Below are positions 32,648 through 44,648 of a DNA stretch of 64,000 nucleotides, in pieces. The stretch is from contig NC_135671.1 in the NCBI RefSeq assembly GCF_964188315.1, positions 4,154,001 through 4,218,000 of the forward strand, in the 5' to 3' direction. Positions within the stretch are counted from its first letter, which is position 1; each line of letters opens with the position of its first letter. The position numbers were made by a program, and so were the translations under genes. Source of the DNA: Podarcis muralis. Lineage: Eukaryota. Below the pieces are notes generated by a model. That model ran no database searches. It had not been told where the DNA came from and saw only the letters and a program-made list of their open reading frames with translations.

Positions 32648-32878
32648 CAGTGGTACCTTGGGTTAAGAACCTAATTCGTTCTGGAGGTCCGTTCTTAACC
32701 TGAAACTGTTCTTAGCCTGAGGTACCACTTTAGCTAAAGGGGCCTCATGCTGCCGCCGCGCAACTTCTGTTCTCATCCTGAAGTAAAGTTCTTAATCCGA
32801 GGTACTATTTCTGGGTTAGCGGAGTCTGTAACCTGAAGCGTCTGTAACCTGAAGCATCTGTAACCCGAGGTACCACTG
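32648..32878. mobile_element. Tigger-like MITE
   Basis: CAGTGGTACCT..GAGGTACCACTG with TA flanks. Confidence 0.88.
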
Positions 32879-32945
32879 TATTGTTCTTCCAAATGAGGAT
32901 GCCATTTCCATAAGGTCCTGGTAGCCTTTAAGATGGTGTCTTTAT

Positions 32946-33857
32946 TCAGCATTGCAGTTGATGTAGCATCTTGATTGATTCCTGTTTCAGTTTAGGATTC
33001 ATGAAGATCAAGATAACGGCATGGCCAGAGGAATATGCAGCAAGCACATTAAACAAATTTATTGTTACCCAGTCATCTTTAATGTCCATCAAGGACAGGA
33101 CTATGTTCAAAAACTCCACACAAAAACTGGATACATAGAGAATGGAGAAAGAAGCCAGAGCTTTGATGGCATTCAGGTGAGCTTCTGTGCTGACATCCCT
33201 TGCGCTGTTTTGTAGAAGATTTTTGTGCCTCCACAGGGAAATTAGCACTAAGACAGATGAGGACAAAAAAACCACAAAGGAAAAGAAATCTGGAACAATA
33301 TAAAGATGGATGAGATACTTACAGAAGTCAGGCATTACATTTCCCGAATTACTGTTATTGCTTAGATGTGATTCAAATAATCTACATTTAGACATGACAG
33401 TACTGCCTGTTATTGTGACAGTGGTGGTGATCGCAGAGAAGACCACAGTCCCCAGAAGCAGCCAAGGCACCAGCTCAGGGACTCTCCGCTTCATTTGCAG
33501 GAAGAGAGGGTGGGAGAAGTTAGCGATTTTTACGCAGTACAAAACACTGAGCCAAGCGGCAAACCAAAGGTCAGCAGTATTAACAAACAGCCATGAGGCA
33601 TCAAATGCAATAAATACGTCCCTCTTCTGAAAAGTGTCCTTGAAAAAGAGGAAAAAAATAGCCGTCAGTATCGCAATGGCAAGAAATGCAAATCTGAACA
33701 AGCCAAGACAACTCAGGATCATGTCGGCTGGGGATAGTTTTCGGCTTCTAAACCAGTCAAGGAAGTTAACGATAGCAATGAATCCATTTCCCACCATTCC
33801 TGTGAAGGTCACAAAAACGAGAAGGACAAAGTTGAACAATTCAAGTAAGGTAGACAT
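32946..33857 (-). CDS. TAS2R: Bitter taste receptor, copy 7 (303 aa)
   Basis: Intact 7TM ORF starting MSTLLELF. Confidence 0.95.
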   Translation of the reverse strand: MSTLLELFNFVLLVFVTFTGMVGNGFIAIVNFLDWFRSRKLSPADMILSCLGLFRFAFLAIAILTAIFFLFFKDTFQKRDVFIAFDASWLFVNTADLWFAAWLSVLYCVKIANFSHPLFLQMKRRVPELVPWLLLGTVVFSAITTTVTITGSTVMSKCRLFESHLSNNSNSGNVMPDFCKYLIHLYIVPDFFSFVVFLSSSVLVLISLWRHKNLLQNSARDVSTEAHLNAIKALASFSILYVSSFCVEFLNIVLSLMDIKDDWVTINLFNVLAAYSSGHAVILIFMNPKLKQESIKMLHQLQC

Positions 33858-33979
33858 CTTTGTAAGTACAAAATAACAGTGTTTTTCCCCACTGTAATAT
33901 GTTAAATTTGCACCGTCTGTTACTGATGCTGCCCTTTATTTATTTGAGCAATGTAGAAACCGTCTGTGTAGATCGGGAA

Positions 33980-34223
33980 GCTGAAGAAGAATTTCGATTT
34001 GATATCCCGCTTTATCACAAGCCGAAGGAGTCTCAAAGGGGCTAACAATCTCCTTTCCCTTCCTCCCCCACAACAAACACTCTGTGAGGTTAGTGGGGCT
34101 GAGAGACTTCAGAGAAGTGTGACTAGCCCAAGGTCACCCAGCAGCTGCATGTGGAGGAGTGGAGACGCGAACCTGGTTCACCAGATTACGAGACTACCGC
34201 TCTTAACCACTACACCACACTGG
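33980..34223 (-). mobile_element. CORE SINE (Squam3-like) inside the copy 7 promoter
   Basis: Reverse complement of the 7887-8125 family. Confidence 0.85.
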
Positions 34224-34437
34224 TAGAGAGTGAAGGGAGCTATTTTTATTTGTTGATTCTGTTCAGATGCAAATCACACCTGGAAGCATTCTTAGTAATT
34301 CAATATCATCTCTTCTGATATTTGCAAAATCCGCAGTGGTGCTAAATATCATATTGGCACCTGGCTTAACAAAGAATGATATCATTCTTTGTTAAGCCTG
34401 TTGTAAACAAAAACTGCTCCCTTTCCCTTATGAGGTA

Positions 34438-34663
34438 CAGTGGTACCTCTGGTTACGTACTTAATTCGTTCTGGAGGTCCGTTCTTAACCTGAAACTATT
34501 CTTAACCTGAAGCACCACTTTAGCTAATTTGGCCTCCCGCTGCTGACGCGCCACCGCAGCACGATTTCTGTTCTCATCCTGAAGCAAAGTTCTTAACCCG
34601 AAGTAATATTTCTGGGTTAGCGGAGTCTGTAACCTGAAGTGTATGTAACCCAAGGTACCACTG
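34438..34663. mobile_element. Tigger-like MITE
   Basis: CAGTGGTACCT..AGGTACCACTG with TA flanks. Confidence 0.88.
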
Positions 34664-34689
34664 TACACAAGAGCCCTTATAGAGTCCTT

Positions 34690-35437
34690 TGTAGGTTCTC
34701 CATCGGTAGGAGAAAATAACAGAGGCCAACCAGAGAATATTGAGAAGCAAAGCAGCTAGTAAGCCTGATCTTTATTAAAGCTGTTGCAACAGGATCTCCC
34801 CCCACACACAGGACAGAGGAGGAGGACACCAAACCATGAGCACAAGCCCTTATATAGACTTTTCAACTGCCCACCCTGGAGCCCAAGACCACCCCTCCAT
34901 ACATCATACATACCGTATTTTTCGCCCTATAGGACGCACCGTCCCATAAGGCTCACCTAGTTTTTTTGGGGGGGAAATAAAGGGGAAAAAATTATTTCCC
35001 CCCCAGGCGCGGGGCTGGGGCGGGGGAGGCCCGAGCTTCCCCCGACCCCAGCCCCCAAACAGGCAGCTCTCTGCAAGCTGTAGGAGCCCAGCGCTGGCTG
35101 GGGAGTGCTCCCGCTGCTTGCGGAGAGGTCCGCGAAGCCTGGAGAGCGAAGCCTCTCCAGGCTTCAGCGAAAGTCTGCATTCGCCCCATAGGACGCACCC
35201 AGATTTCCCCTTCATTTTTGGAGGGGAAAAAGTGTGTCCTATAGGGCAAAAAATACAGTACATCACAGAAGGGGTGTAGCCCAAGACCAACCCCCCAGTA
35301 CATCAGAGAAGGGACGGACTACAACAGAAATCTGAGTGCGTTTTTAACCTGTCTGCCAGGTTACCTGATTGGATTACCTGGGCATCCTGGCCACTCTTTT
35401 GTTATGATAACTACTCAATTCCTGAATCCAGGTCACA
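34690..35437 (-). mobile_element. Solo LTR-like element containing a nested MITE
   Basis: TG..CA ends; minus-strand CCAAT, TATA and AATAAA in LTR order; no clean TSD. Confidence 0.5.
34913..35258. mobile_element. Tc2/pogo-type MITE
   Basis: CCGTATTTTTCGCCCTATAGG TIR with TA flanks. Confidence 0.85.
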
Positions 35438-35640
35438 GGCTTACTTTATTCATGTCTTAACTGTGCCCTTGAGACAGGATTTGTGAGCAAAGAGACAATG
35501 AGGAGGTTCCCCATTTCCTTTGACCTTGCAGAGAAATATTTGAGGACAATTTGGAAGAGACAAATGGTTTCAGAACTTTTTCTGTGAGGTTTCAGACATG
35601 TGGTTTATACATTTATGTATGTGCTTGCTTGGTACATTTA

Positions 35641-35643
<3 letters not shown>

Positions 35644-35687
<44 letters not shown>
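35644..35687. repeat. (TA)n microsatellite
   Basis: About 22 AT units. Confidence 0.95.
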
Positions 35688-35690
<3 letters not shown>

Positions 35691-36671
35691 CTTAAAATTC
35701 TTATAACAAGGCAGATGCCAATGTGATATTTGGCATCCGAAGAAAACCGGGGTGTTCAAGTTGAAGATCCACCACACACAAAGGCTGATTTCCCCACTTT
35801 CAGCTCACTCTTTCTATTCTCATTTCAATGTTGCTTGCTCTCTTTGAGGCATATATTCCACAAGTGAATTGACCATTTAAGGAAAGGGTCATAGACATTA
35901 AGAAATGCCAACAATTTTACAGCTCTGATTATTCATACGCCAGCCACCTCAAAATGTGTAAATTGGAGAACGTTAATATGGCTATCTGATAGCAAAAGAT
36001 GGAACTGAAGTGTAACATTAACTGCTGGAATGATTGCTGTTCAGTTTCCACATAAATCATTAAGCAAACACAGTAAACACCAGTGCTTTTTTCTGGGGGG
36101 CACTCTAGGGCAAACAAAGGGAGTGTTGGTGGCCCATACACCCACAACATTTATTTGGTTGGTGCTTAGCACCCAAATCGTGGGGCCTTTGATGCAACTT
36201 CTGATGCTTTGTGGGGCCTCGAAAGTCAAATCAGAGGCCTCATAGGGCCTTGGAATCCATATCCGAGGCCTTGCAGGGCCTTGGAGATATTGTCCGAAGC
36301 TTCACAAGGCCTCCAATGCAACTTTCGGGAGAAACTGGAAGTTGTGTCCAAAATTTGCATCGAAGGCCTTGTGGGACCTCAGAGATCATGTCTGGTTTCC
36401 CCCAGAAGAAACTTTGGACACAACTTCCAGGGGTCTCAGGTGCCACTGTGGCGCACATGACGTAATGTGACACCGTGGCGTCACGTTGTAACATGAAATT
36501 ATGATGTCATGTTGAATCACATGCGCCGCTGGGCACACATAATTTGGGGCATAAGAGGGTGTCCCTGCTCAAGGGTACACAGTACCAGAACCTTTGCAAC
36601 AGAGTATAAAAACAAAGGCAGACTTCAAGGTCATACCTGGCAGAATGGCATATCCCTCAGAATGACACAAT

Positions 36672-36830
36672 GGGTCAGTGAGTCTAATCGGTGAGTGCAT
36701 CTGGCTGTTAACCAGGAGATTGGTGGTTCGAACCCACCCAGGGACAGCTGTGGGCAGGATTCCTGTACTGCAACGGGTTGGACTTGATGCCTCTCAAGGT
36801 CACTTCCAACTCGACAATTCTAGGATTCTA
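36672..36830 (+). mobile_element. tRNA-headed SINE with CR1-type tail (paralogs at 40242-40380 and 49136-49273)
   Basis: B box ggttcgaaccc; tail cccttccaactctacaattctaggattcta. All three copies share flanks, so this is one insertion duplicated with the gene unit. Confidence 0.7.
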
Positions 36831-36929
36831 TGTCTGCAAGGGCTTGGCAGTCTTATGCAGCAGAAATTCTGCTAAACTGTGTCCTCAGCACATGCATGAA
36901 CCTGCTCACTCACAGGCAGACAATATAGT

Positions 36930-37649
36930 TGTGGATCGAGGGCCTGACCCCCGCTATGTGAAATAAACACACAAGGACACGTGATATAAGGTTGATGGGC
37001 AAGAAAAGGCCACAACTTTATTGATTACAACAGTGAAAAGGTATTGGCTTAGGCATTGGATGACTATAGGAGGTGGGTTTATTCAACAGTAGGTAGAGCC
37101 TGTTGATGCCAATCCAACTATAGGCTCACCCCCTGATGTCACCAAGGGTCGTGCCATGGCCTCCCGCCAAGCAGGCATCGGACGGAATACACGACCGCCA
37201 GATTCCTTTAACGGAATAACCCACGGTAGATAGCATAGGCGATGGCCACACCTAGCCCTTGACACACATGAATCCAGTGCCTAACCTACCCACCAATACC
37301 ACAAAAGTTGTGACGATTGCTACGAGGTAGGCGAAAAAACCAAAAAGCCTAATGCCAAATGGAAAAATTCCTACCAGGCCCCCCAGACAACCGGGGCGAC
37401 CAACCTAAGGTCCACAGCAAGGCCAAAAAACCTAGACCCTGAGCTAAATGGGAGTGGAGGGTGGGTGACTCGCTGCAGGATGACAACAACTGAGGAGGAG
37501 GCAGAGCTGGAACCGCAGCATTAAGCTGCTAAACACGCCCCCCGGAGACACCTGGTTGGCTGCCTCCGGTGGGCGTGGGCGCCACCCAGGTGAGGAGGGG
37601 CGGGGGCTAAGGCCCCCGGCCAGGGGCGGAGCTCGGGCTCCCGCCCACA
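36930..37649 (-). mobile_element. GC-rich solo LTR-like insertion in the copy 8 3' flank
   Basis: TG..CA ends, minus-strand AATAAA near 37017-37022, absent from the copy 9/10 flanks; no clean TSD. Confidence 0.55.
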
Positions 37650-37797
37650 ACCACTCCCCTCTCTTCCAGGGAGGAGAGTCTTTCTTGCAAAAGAGAAGGC
37701 AGAATTGGTAGCGAACAGAGAGATAGGCAGCATTGTTCTTGCAAATGAGGATGCCACTTCCAGAAGGTCTTGGTAGCCTTTGAGATGGTGGCGTCAT

Positions 37798-38712
37798 TCA
37801 GCATTTTAGTTGATGTAGCATCTTGACTGATTCCTGTTTCAGTTTGGGATTAATGATGATCAGGATAATGGCATGGCCAGAGGAATATGCAACAACCACA
37901 TTAGTAAGAAAAAGGTGCATCCCAATGCCTTGCATGCCATTCCAAGAGAAGAGCACTGCCATTCTTTCCACAAAAAAGCTAGATACATAGAGAATGGAGA
38001 AAGAAGCCAGAGCTTTGATGGCATTCAGGTGAACTTCTGTGCTTACATCCCTTGCACTGTTTTGTAGAAGATTTTTGTGCCTCCACAGAGAAGCTAGTAG
38101 TAAGATGGATGAGAACAAAAATATAATGAAGGGAAAGAACTCTGGAACAACATATAGAAGGATGGAATGCTTACAAAAGTCAGATGTCTTCATTTCTGAG
38201 TCAGTGTTATTGCTTAGAAGTGATTCAAATGTCTTGCATTCAGACATGAGTCTAATGGTCATTATTGCCTTGATGGTGGTAGTGATTGCAGAGAAGACCA
38301 CAGTCCCCAGAAGCAGCCAAGGCAACAGCCCAGGGAATCTCCGCTTCATTTGCAGGAAGAGAGGGTGGGAGAAATTGGCAATCTTTACACAGTACAAAAT
38401 ACTGAGCAAAGCGGCAAACCAAAGGTTAGCAGTATTAACAAATGTCCATGAGGCACTGTATGCAATTTGTACGCTCCTCATCTGAAAAATATCTCTGAAA
38501 AAAAGGAGAAGAATTGCATTCTGTATACCAATTGCATGAAATGCAAATCTGAACGAGCCAAGACAACTCAGGATCATGTCGGCTGGGGATAGTTTTCTGC
38601 TGCTAAACCAGTCAATGAAGTTAATGATAGCAATAAATCCATTCCCCACCATTCCTATGAGGGTTTCAATAACCAGAAGAATGAAGCCAAACAATTCTAA
38701 GAAGGTAGACAT
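37798..38712 (-). CDS. TAS2R: Bitter taste receptor, copy 8 (304 aa)
   Basis: Intact 7TM ORF from ATG 38712 (MSTFLELF); the longer ORF-track start is not ATG. Confidence 0.95.
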   Translation of the reverse strand: MSTFLELFGFILLVIETLIGMVGNGFIAIINFIDWFSSRKLSPADMILSCLGSFRFAFHAIGIQNAILLLFFRDIFQMRSVQIAYSASWTFVNTANLWFAALLSILYCVKIANFSHPLFLQMKRRFPGLLPWLLLGTVVFSAITTTIKAIMTIRLMSECKTFESLLSNNTDSEMKTSDFCKHSILLYVVPEFFPFIIFLFSSILLLASLWRHKNLLQNSARDVSTEVHLNAIKALASFSILYVSSFFVERMAVLFSWNGMQGIGMHLFLTNVVVAYSSGHAIILIIINPKLKQESVKMLHQLKC

Positions 38713-39056
38713 CCTTCTGAGCCCGAAGTAAAAGTGTTTCTTCCAGTGTAATATTAGCACAATCTGCTGCTTATGCTGCCTTGTATATGCGCAGTGGAGA
38801 GCAGAATACGTCTGCCTTCTTTCAAGACCAGAACAATTTGCAGGGAGAGGACCGAGCTATTTTCAGTTCTTGATTTTACTCAGATGCAAATCACACATGG
38901 AAAAATTCTAATCCTAAATCTATATCATATTTTCTGCTGTCATATTTGCAAATTCGACAGTGGTGCTAAATATCCTCTCTGCATCTGGCTTAACAAACAA
39001 TGATAGATGATTCTATTATGATTTCTATATTTTGATTATTGTTTGTTCACCACTAT

Positions 39057-40138
39057 TTAACATCTCAAGATTGTCCTCCTCAATATTGGATTCAGAGCAC
39101 CACCCACATGTGTAACAGCCTGCTCCAGCCAGCCAACATGGCAGCTGCCCTTCACTCCCCACCTGGAGTTCTCCCCACTTCCTGATTCTTCTTCCCAGAA
39201 ACCCCTGCTCTCAAAACCTCTCTTGTAAGACCCCTCTTCCTGTGGTGACATCTTACCCTGGTAACCTCCCTCTGTGCCTGGTAGAGCCTTCTGTCTGGTT
39301 GATGCCTTCCCTTGAGGGACTAATGGCTGACATCAGCTGCATTGTTTCTTCAATGTCCCACCATCACCAGGCTGGCCCCATGAGAAAGATAGCCAGTGTT
39401 ATTCCTTGCTTAGTCCAGGAATCCATGAACACTGACTGTGCTGGTCCCGTGGGTTACCCGAGAGGCGAGGTCCAAGTCCGGTCCATGGTCAAAGGTGCAA
39501 CGTGGAGGCAGTCCGTAGTAGCTGAAGCTGGGTGCAGGGCAGGGAGCTAGGTGAAGTCAGGAACAGGCTTGCAAGCAGGGAGCAAGGGTGGGTCAGCAGC
39601 TCAGGCAGGAAAGCAGGACAGGGTTCAGGCAGGAACTAGTAACCAACAGTGTTGCTCCCACAACTTGGAACTGGGGCTGGCCGGCTTTTATCTGCCCTGA
39701 GGCATAGGACGGCCCCAATCCTCTGGTGAGTCGCCTCTCCTGACCTGGAGGCGAGCACTCCTCCTGCGGGAACTTAGTTCCCTCCAACTCTCTGCCCTGA
39801 GCCTCTACAGCTCAGTAGAGGCTGGAGGGTTACCGGACCCAGAGGCAACCTCCTCTTCCTCTGACGGGGCTGAGAGTGGAGCAACTGCAGGCAATGGGTC
39901 CTCCATCACCTCAGGAGCCAGAACAGACTCAGCTGGTGCCTGCACCTGAGGATCCAGCACAGGTGAGGACCCTTCAGGCTCAGGCTCAGGCCCCAGCCCC
40001 AGCTCAGCTGGATCTGGAGGCGGGGAATCCTGTGCAGGCTGGGATCCCTCAGGTTCAGCATCCGAGTCTGAATCCCAGGCCATCACACCGACCCTTCACT
40101 GAATGTAGAGATTATGAGGAGCCCCCCCATTTATAACA
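39057..40138. mobile_element. Older LTR-like element (paralogs 48544-49008, 50683-51120), here interrupted by a younger LTR
   Basis: TGTTA..TAACA termini in the 50683 copy; similar right flanks in all three copies. Confidence 0.5.
39437..40087 (-). mobile_element. Solo LTR (651 bp) carrying a U3 reading frame
   Basis: TG..CA termini; 5-bp TSD CTGAC/CCGAC; the empty site is seen in the paralogs at ~48950 and ~51060. Confidence 0.88.
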
Positions 40139-40511
40139 TTATTTTAAAACTTCATTTTTTAATAAAGAATTTCCTTAAAACTACCAACCTAACCTCAAGG
40201 GCATACCCAGCAGAATGGCATACCCTGCAGAATGACACAATGGGTCAAGGGAAGCAATGGGTGAGTGCATCTGGCTGTTAGCCAGAAGGCTGGTGGTTCG
40301 AACCCACCCAGGGACAGCTGTGGCCAAGATGAGCTTCGGGGTCCCTTCCAACTCTACAATTCTAGGATTCTAGGATTCTATGTCTGCAAGGCCTTGGCAG
40401 TCATGTGCAGCAGAACTTCTGCTAAACTGTGTCCTCAGCACATGTGTGCACCTGCACACCCACAGGCAGGCAATATAGTTCTTGCAAAAGTGTTGGCAAA
40501 ATTGGTAGCCT

Positions 40512-41444
40512 TTAAGATAGTGGCTTCATCCAGCATTTTAGTTGACGTAGCATCTTGAGTGATTCGTGTTTCAGTTTGGGATTAAGGAAGATGAGGATAA
40601 TGGCATGGCCAGAGGAATATGCAACAACCACATTAGTAAACAAAAATTCCATCCCAATGTCTTGCATGCCCGTCCAAAACGAGAACATTGCCAATGTTTC
40701 CACAAAAAAGCTAGATACGTAGAGAATGGAGAAAGAAGCCAGAGCTCTGATGGCATTCAGGTGAGCTTCTGTGCTGACATCCCTTGCAGTGCTTTGTAGA
40801 AGATTTTTGTGCCTCCAGAGAGAAGTCAGTAGTAAGATGGAAGAGATCAAAAATATCATGAAGGGAAAGAAATCTGGAACAACATATAGAAGCATGGAAT
40901 GCTTACAAAAGTCATATGTCTTCATTCCTGAGTCAGTGTTATTGCGTAGAAGTGATTCAAATGTCTTGCATTCAGACATGAGTCTAATGGTCATTATTGC
41001 CTCGATGGTGGTAGTGATTGCAGAGAAGACCACTGTCCCCAGGAGCAGCCAAGGCACCAGCCCAGGGAATCTCCGCTTCATTTGCAGGAAGAGAGGGTGG
41101 GAGAAGTTTGCAATTTTTACACAGTACAAAACACTGAGCAAAGCGGCAAACCAAAGGTTAGCAGTGTTAACAAATGTCCATGATGCACTGTTTGCAATAT
41201 ATACGTTCCTCATCAGAAATTTATCTATGAAAAAGTGAAGAAGAATTTCATTCTGTATCCCAATTGCATGAAATGCAAATCTGAACAAGCTAAGACAACT
41301 CAGGATCATGTCAGCTGGGGATAGTTTTCTGCTGCTAAACCAGTCAGTGAAGTTAATGATAGCAATAAATCCATTTCCCACCATTCCTATGAGGGTTTCA
41401 ATAACCAGAAGAACGAAGCCAAACCATTGAAATAAGGTAGACAT
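40512..41444 (-). CDS. TAS2R: Bitter taste receptor, copy 9 (310 aa; apparent chimera of copy 8 and copy 10 types)
   Basis: Intact 7TM ORF from ATG 41444; C-terminus ..LKCWMKPLS. Confidence 0.95.
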   Translation of the reverse strand: MSTLFQWFGFVLLVIETLIGMVGNGFIAIINFTDWFSSRKLSPADMILSCLSLFRFAFHAIGIQNEILLHFFIDKFLMRNVYIANSASWTFVNTANLWFAALLSVLYCVKIANFSHPLFLQMKRRFPGLVPWLLLGTVVFSAITTTIEAIMTIRLMSECKTFESLLRNNTDSGMKTYDFCKHSMLLYVVPDFFPFMIFLISSILLLTSLWRHKNLLQSTARDVSTEAHLNAIRALASFSILYVSSFFVETLAMFSFWTGMQDIGMEFLFTNVVVAYSSGHAIILIFLNPKLKHESLKMLRQLKCWMKPLS

Positions 41445-42483
41445 CCTTCTGAGACCGAAGTACAAGTGTTTTCTCAAGGTAATGGGTAATATTAGCACAG
41501 TCTGCTACTTATGCTGCCTTTTATATGAGCAGTGAAGAGCAGAATACTTTGCCTTCTTTCGAGACCAGAACAATTTGCAGGGAGAGGAACGAGCTATATT
41601 CAGTTGCTGATTTTGCTCAGATGCAAATCACACATGGAAAGATTCTCTTCCTAAATCTATATCATATTATCTGCTGTCATATTTGCAAATTCAACAGTGG
41701 TCCTAATATCCTCTTTGCATCTGGCTTAACAAAGAATGATAGATGATTCTTTTACCATTTCTATATTTTGATTAATGTTTGTTCACCAGTATTTTTATTT
41801 TTAATCCATCTGAAAACAGAGATGTTTATCAAATGATTTAATAAAATTTATTGTGTCTGTGAGGGAAATTGTTCTAATTGGTTAAAGAGATAAAGCAGGG
41901 TGTTTAATTATGTAGGCCAATAGGTGAAATATTTAGAGTAGTATATTTTCTTTAAAAAGTGGAAACCAGAGGAATTAAGAACAAGGAAGCTGTGCAATGG
42001 TATGTGCCAATATGGACTTTTTCTGTGGTTTATTTCTGTAGATCATGACGCCAATAAAGTGAGATGGTGATGAGAGCAACATTTGGTGGAAAACTCAGAA
42101 TGCGTCTGACCAAACACCGGATAGATCCGCTTTGAGGACCTATTCTGTGGTAGTGAGTGAAGAAAAATCTTTTTTCTCTGCCTCCATTGCGTCAGGAACA
42201 AGGAGTCATCCCTGAAGGTCACTGGATCCACCTATCACGGATTTATAACAGTTGGCCTTGACACCAGACTTTTGGGTGGGGTGGAGAGGTTTAAAGGAGA
42301 AAAATAAAATGGTTTGATGTGAATGAATTTTGGACTAGGGGGAGTTGAGGGTTTAGTTATTTTGTTTATTTGTTAAGCAGGGAATTTGAGTATCGCTTTG
42401 TTTATTATTAGAGTTTTTTAATATAAATGATATATGAAATGTTAATGTATAATATTATTCCCCCCATTTTCCTCCCTATAGTA

Positions 42484-42487
42484 GTGT

Positions 42488-42531
<44 letters not shown>
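42484..42531. repeat. (TG)n microsatellite
   Basis: About 24 TG units with one interruption. Confidence 0.95.
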
Positions 42532-42532
<1 letters not shown>

Positions 42533-42914
42533 GCTGTACGTCACTTGGAGACCTTTGGATGAGAAGTGACTAATGTTTAATAAATGAATGAAATGAATTA
42601 ATGCTTCGAGTGGTCAGGGGCCTTTTAACCTCTGGCCCACATGAGGAGAATTTAGACTAAACGATGGCCCATGGTGAACAATTTGCTCAGCGCTTCACTG
42701 TCAGAATCACTAAGATCTGTTCTGACTTAGACACTATTGTGGAGATTATGTTTAATGTCACACTAAATGCTATATTTTAGTAGTATTGTATTCAAGAATG
42801 TAGGCAGTATTTTCCCAGATGGCTGGTGTTTGTCCACTCAAGGCTGTGGCACGCTACCTTGTTTTATGTCTGGATCACGAGTTAAATCACAAGGCAGTGA
42901 TGAGAGAAGCTATA

Positions 42915-43523
42915 TGTGATGGCCTGGGATTCAGACTCGGAGGCTGAACCTGAGGAATCCCAGCCTGCACAGGATTCCCCGCCTCCAGAACCAGCTGAGC
43001 CGGGGCTGGGGCTTGAGCCTGAAGGGTCCTCACCTGTGCTGGATCCTCAGGTGCAGGCATCAGCTGAGTCTGCTCTGGCTCCGGAGGTGATGGAGGACCC
43101 ATTGCCTGCAGGTGGCTCCACTCTCAGCCCCGTCAGGGGAAGCTGAGGTTGCCTCTGGGTCTGGTAACCCTCCAGCCTCTCCTGAGCTGCAGAGGCTCAG
43201 GGCAGAGAGGCGGAGGGAACTAGGTTCTCTTAGGAGGAGTGCTTGCCTTAAGGCCAGGAGAGGCGAGTCACCTGTGGGCCAGGACTGCCCTAGGCCCCAG
43301 AGGAGATAAAGGCCAGTCAGCCCAGTCCCAGGTTGCGGGAGCAACATTGTTGGTTGTCTGTTCCTGCCTGCACCCTGTCCTGCTTTTCTGCTTGAGCTCC
43401 TGACCTCACCTGACTGCCTGCCTTGGACCCCGCTTCAGCTTTGATGGACTGCCTCCATACCGCACCCTTGACCTCAGAATGGACTCGGACCTCGCTTCAT
43501 GGTTAACCCATGGGACCAGCATA
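42915..43523 (+). mobile_element. Solo LTR (609 bp), same family as 39437-40087
   Basis: Starts TGTGATGG, ends CCAGCATA; perfect 5-bp TSD CTATA. Confidence 0.88.
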
Positions 43524-44648
43524 CTATATGTCTTTGCTAGTGTTTTATATACAGATGAAGCTGCTTGCATCACACAGACACACATAGAATGCCGTGTGGT
43601 GCTTGGTCATTGAATGTTGGCTGGTATGCGGAAAGAGGAAGAGGGAGAAATAATATTTTGATTTTATTTTTAGTTGGAAAGCTACTTTTTAGTAAAAGAG
43701 GTTTAAAGGCTCACACTGGCACCAGAGTGAGGCAGTTTGTGAGACAGAAACCAATATCTTTTGTAATGTAAACATTTAATACTAAGTCCTGCAAGTAAAG
43801 CCTTATAATTACTTGTGTTAAAGAAGTTTGATTTCTGCGCAAGAGTCAGATCAGAGATCTTCTACTGGCACTATAACTAATAGCAATAGTTGATACAGAT
43901 CCACCGGATGTAGCTTGGGTCTCTGCTTGTCCAGTGCTAATGGATACTTTCCAATGCGGTAGGATCACTGGAATTGTGAGATCTACTACACGTGTGCCAG
44001 ATCCTTGCCCTTTATGACTCATTGAAAGGGCCAGCAGGGGATTGGCTGAGTGGGTGAAGGGAGTGGTCAATGCTTCCTCCCTCTCCACCCCAATAGAGTT
44101 TATTAAAGCCTAAAAGAAAATATACAAAAAATAATATCAAATATATTTTATGGTGCAAAAAGATAAAAGAAACTAAGATAAATAAATACAAATACAAAGG
44201 GGGGAAAAGAGGAAAGAGGGGGAAGGGAGGGCTTCAAAATAATAGAATCATAGAAGGAACTCTGGATAGATCTACACTCATAGTGTGTTATTAAAATGTG
44301 ACGCCAGAGTGCAAGCCACCAACAAGGGGAAACTGCCATTGAACCTTACAGAACGTTCAATTTAATAATGTTTAGAAGATCAATGTAGATCCACCCTCTG
44401 TCAACTATAGTTTAATTTTTTAAAAAACCTTTGCTCCAAGGCAACACCAAACTATTCTACTTTATATAAACGAGTATTTTCTTCACTCCTCAAGCCCAAA
44501 TGTGATAAGTTCCTTTTCCATGCAAAAAGTCCACAGAGCGTTTCCAATCGTTAATCAATATCAGCAATGATTTTTCTCTAGTTAAACATGTTAACTTTGC
44601 CATCTCAGCCAAGTCCAGGAATTTCAGCAGCCGTTCCTCTGTAGAATG

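Noticed and set aside
36078-36600. Possible hAT element with internal AGGCCT repeats
   Set aside because: Only one putative terminus and no TSD visible, so the boundaries are unsupported.
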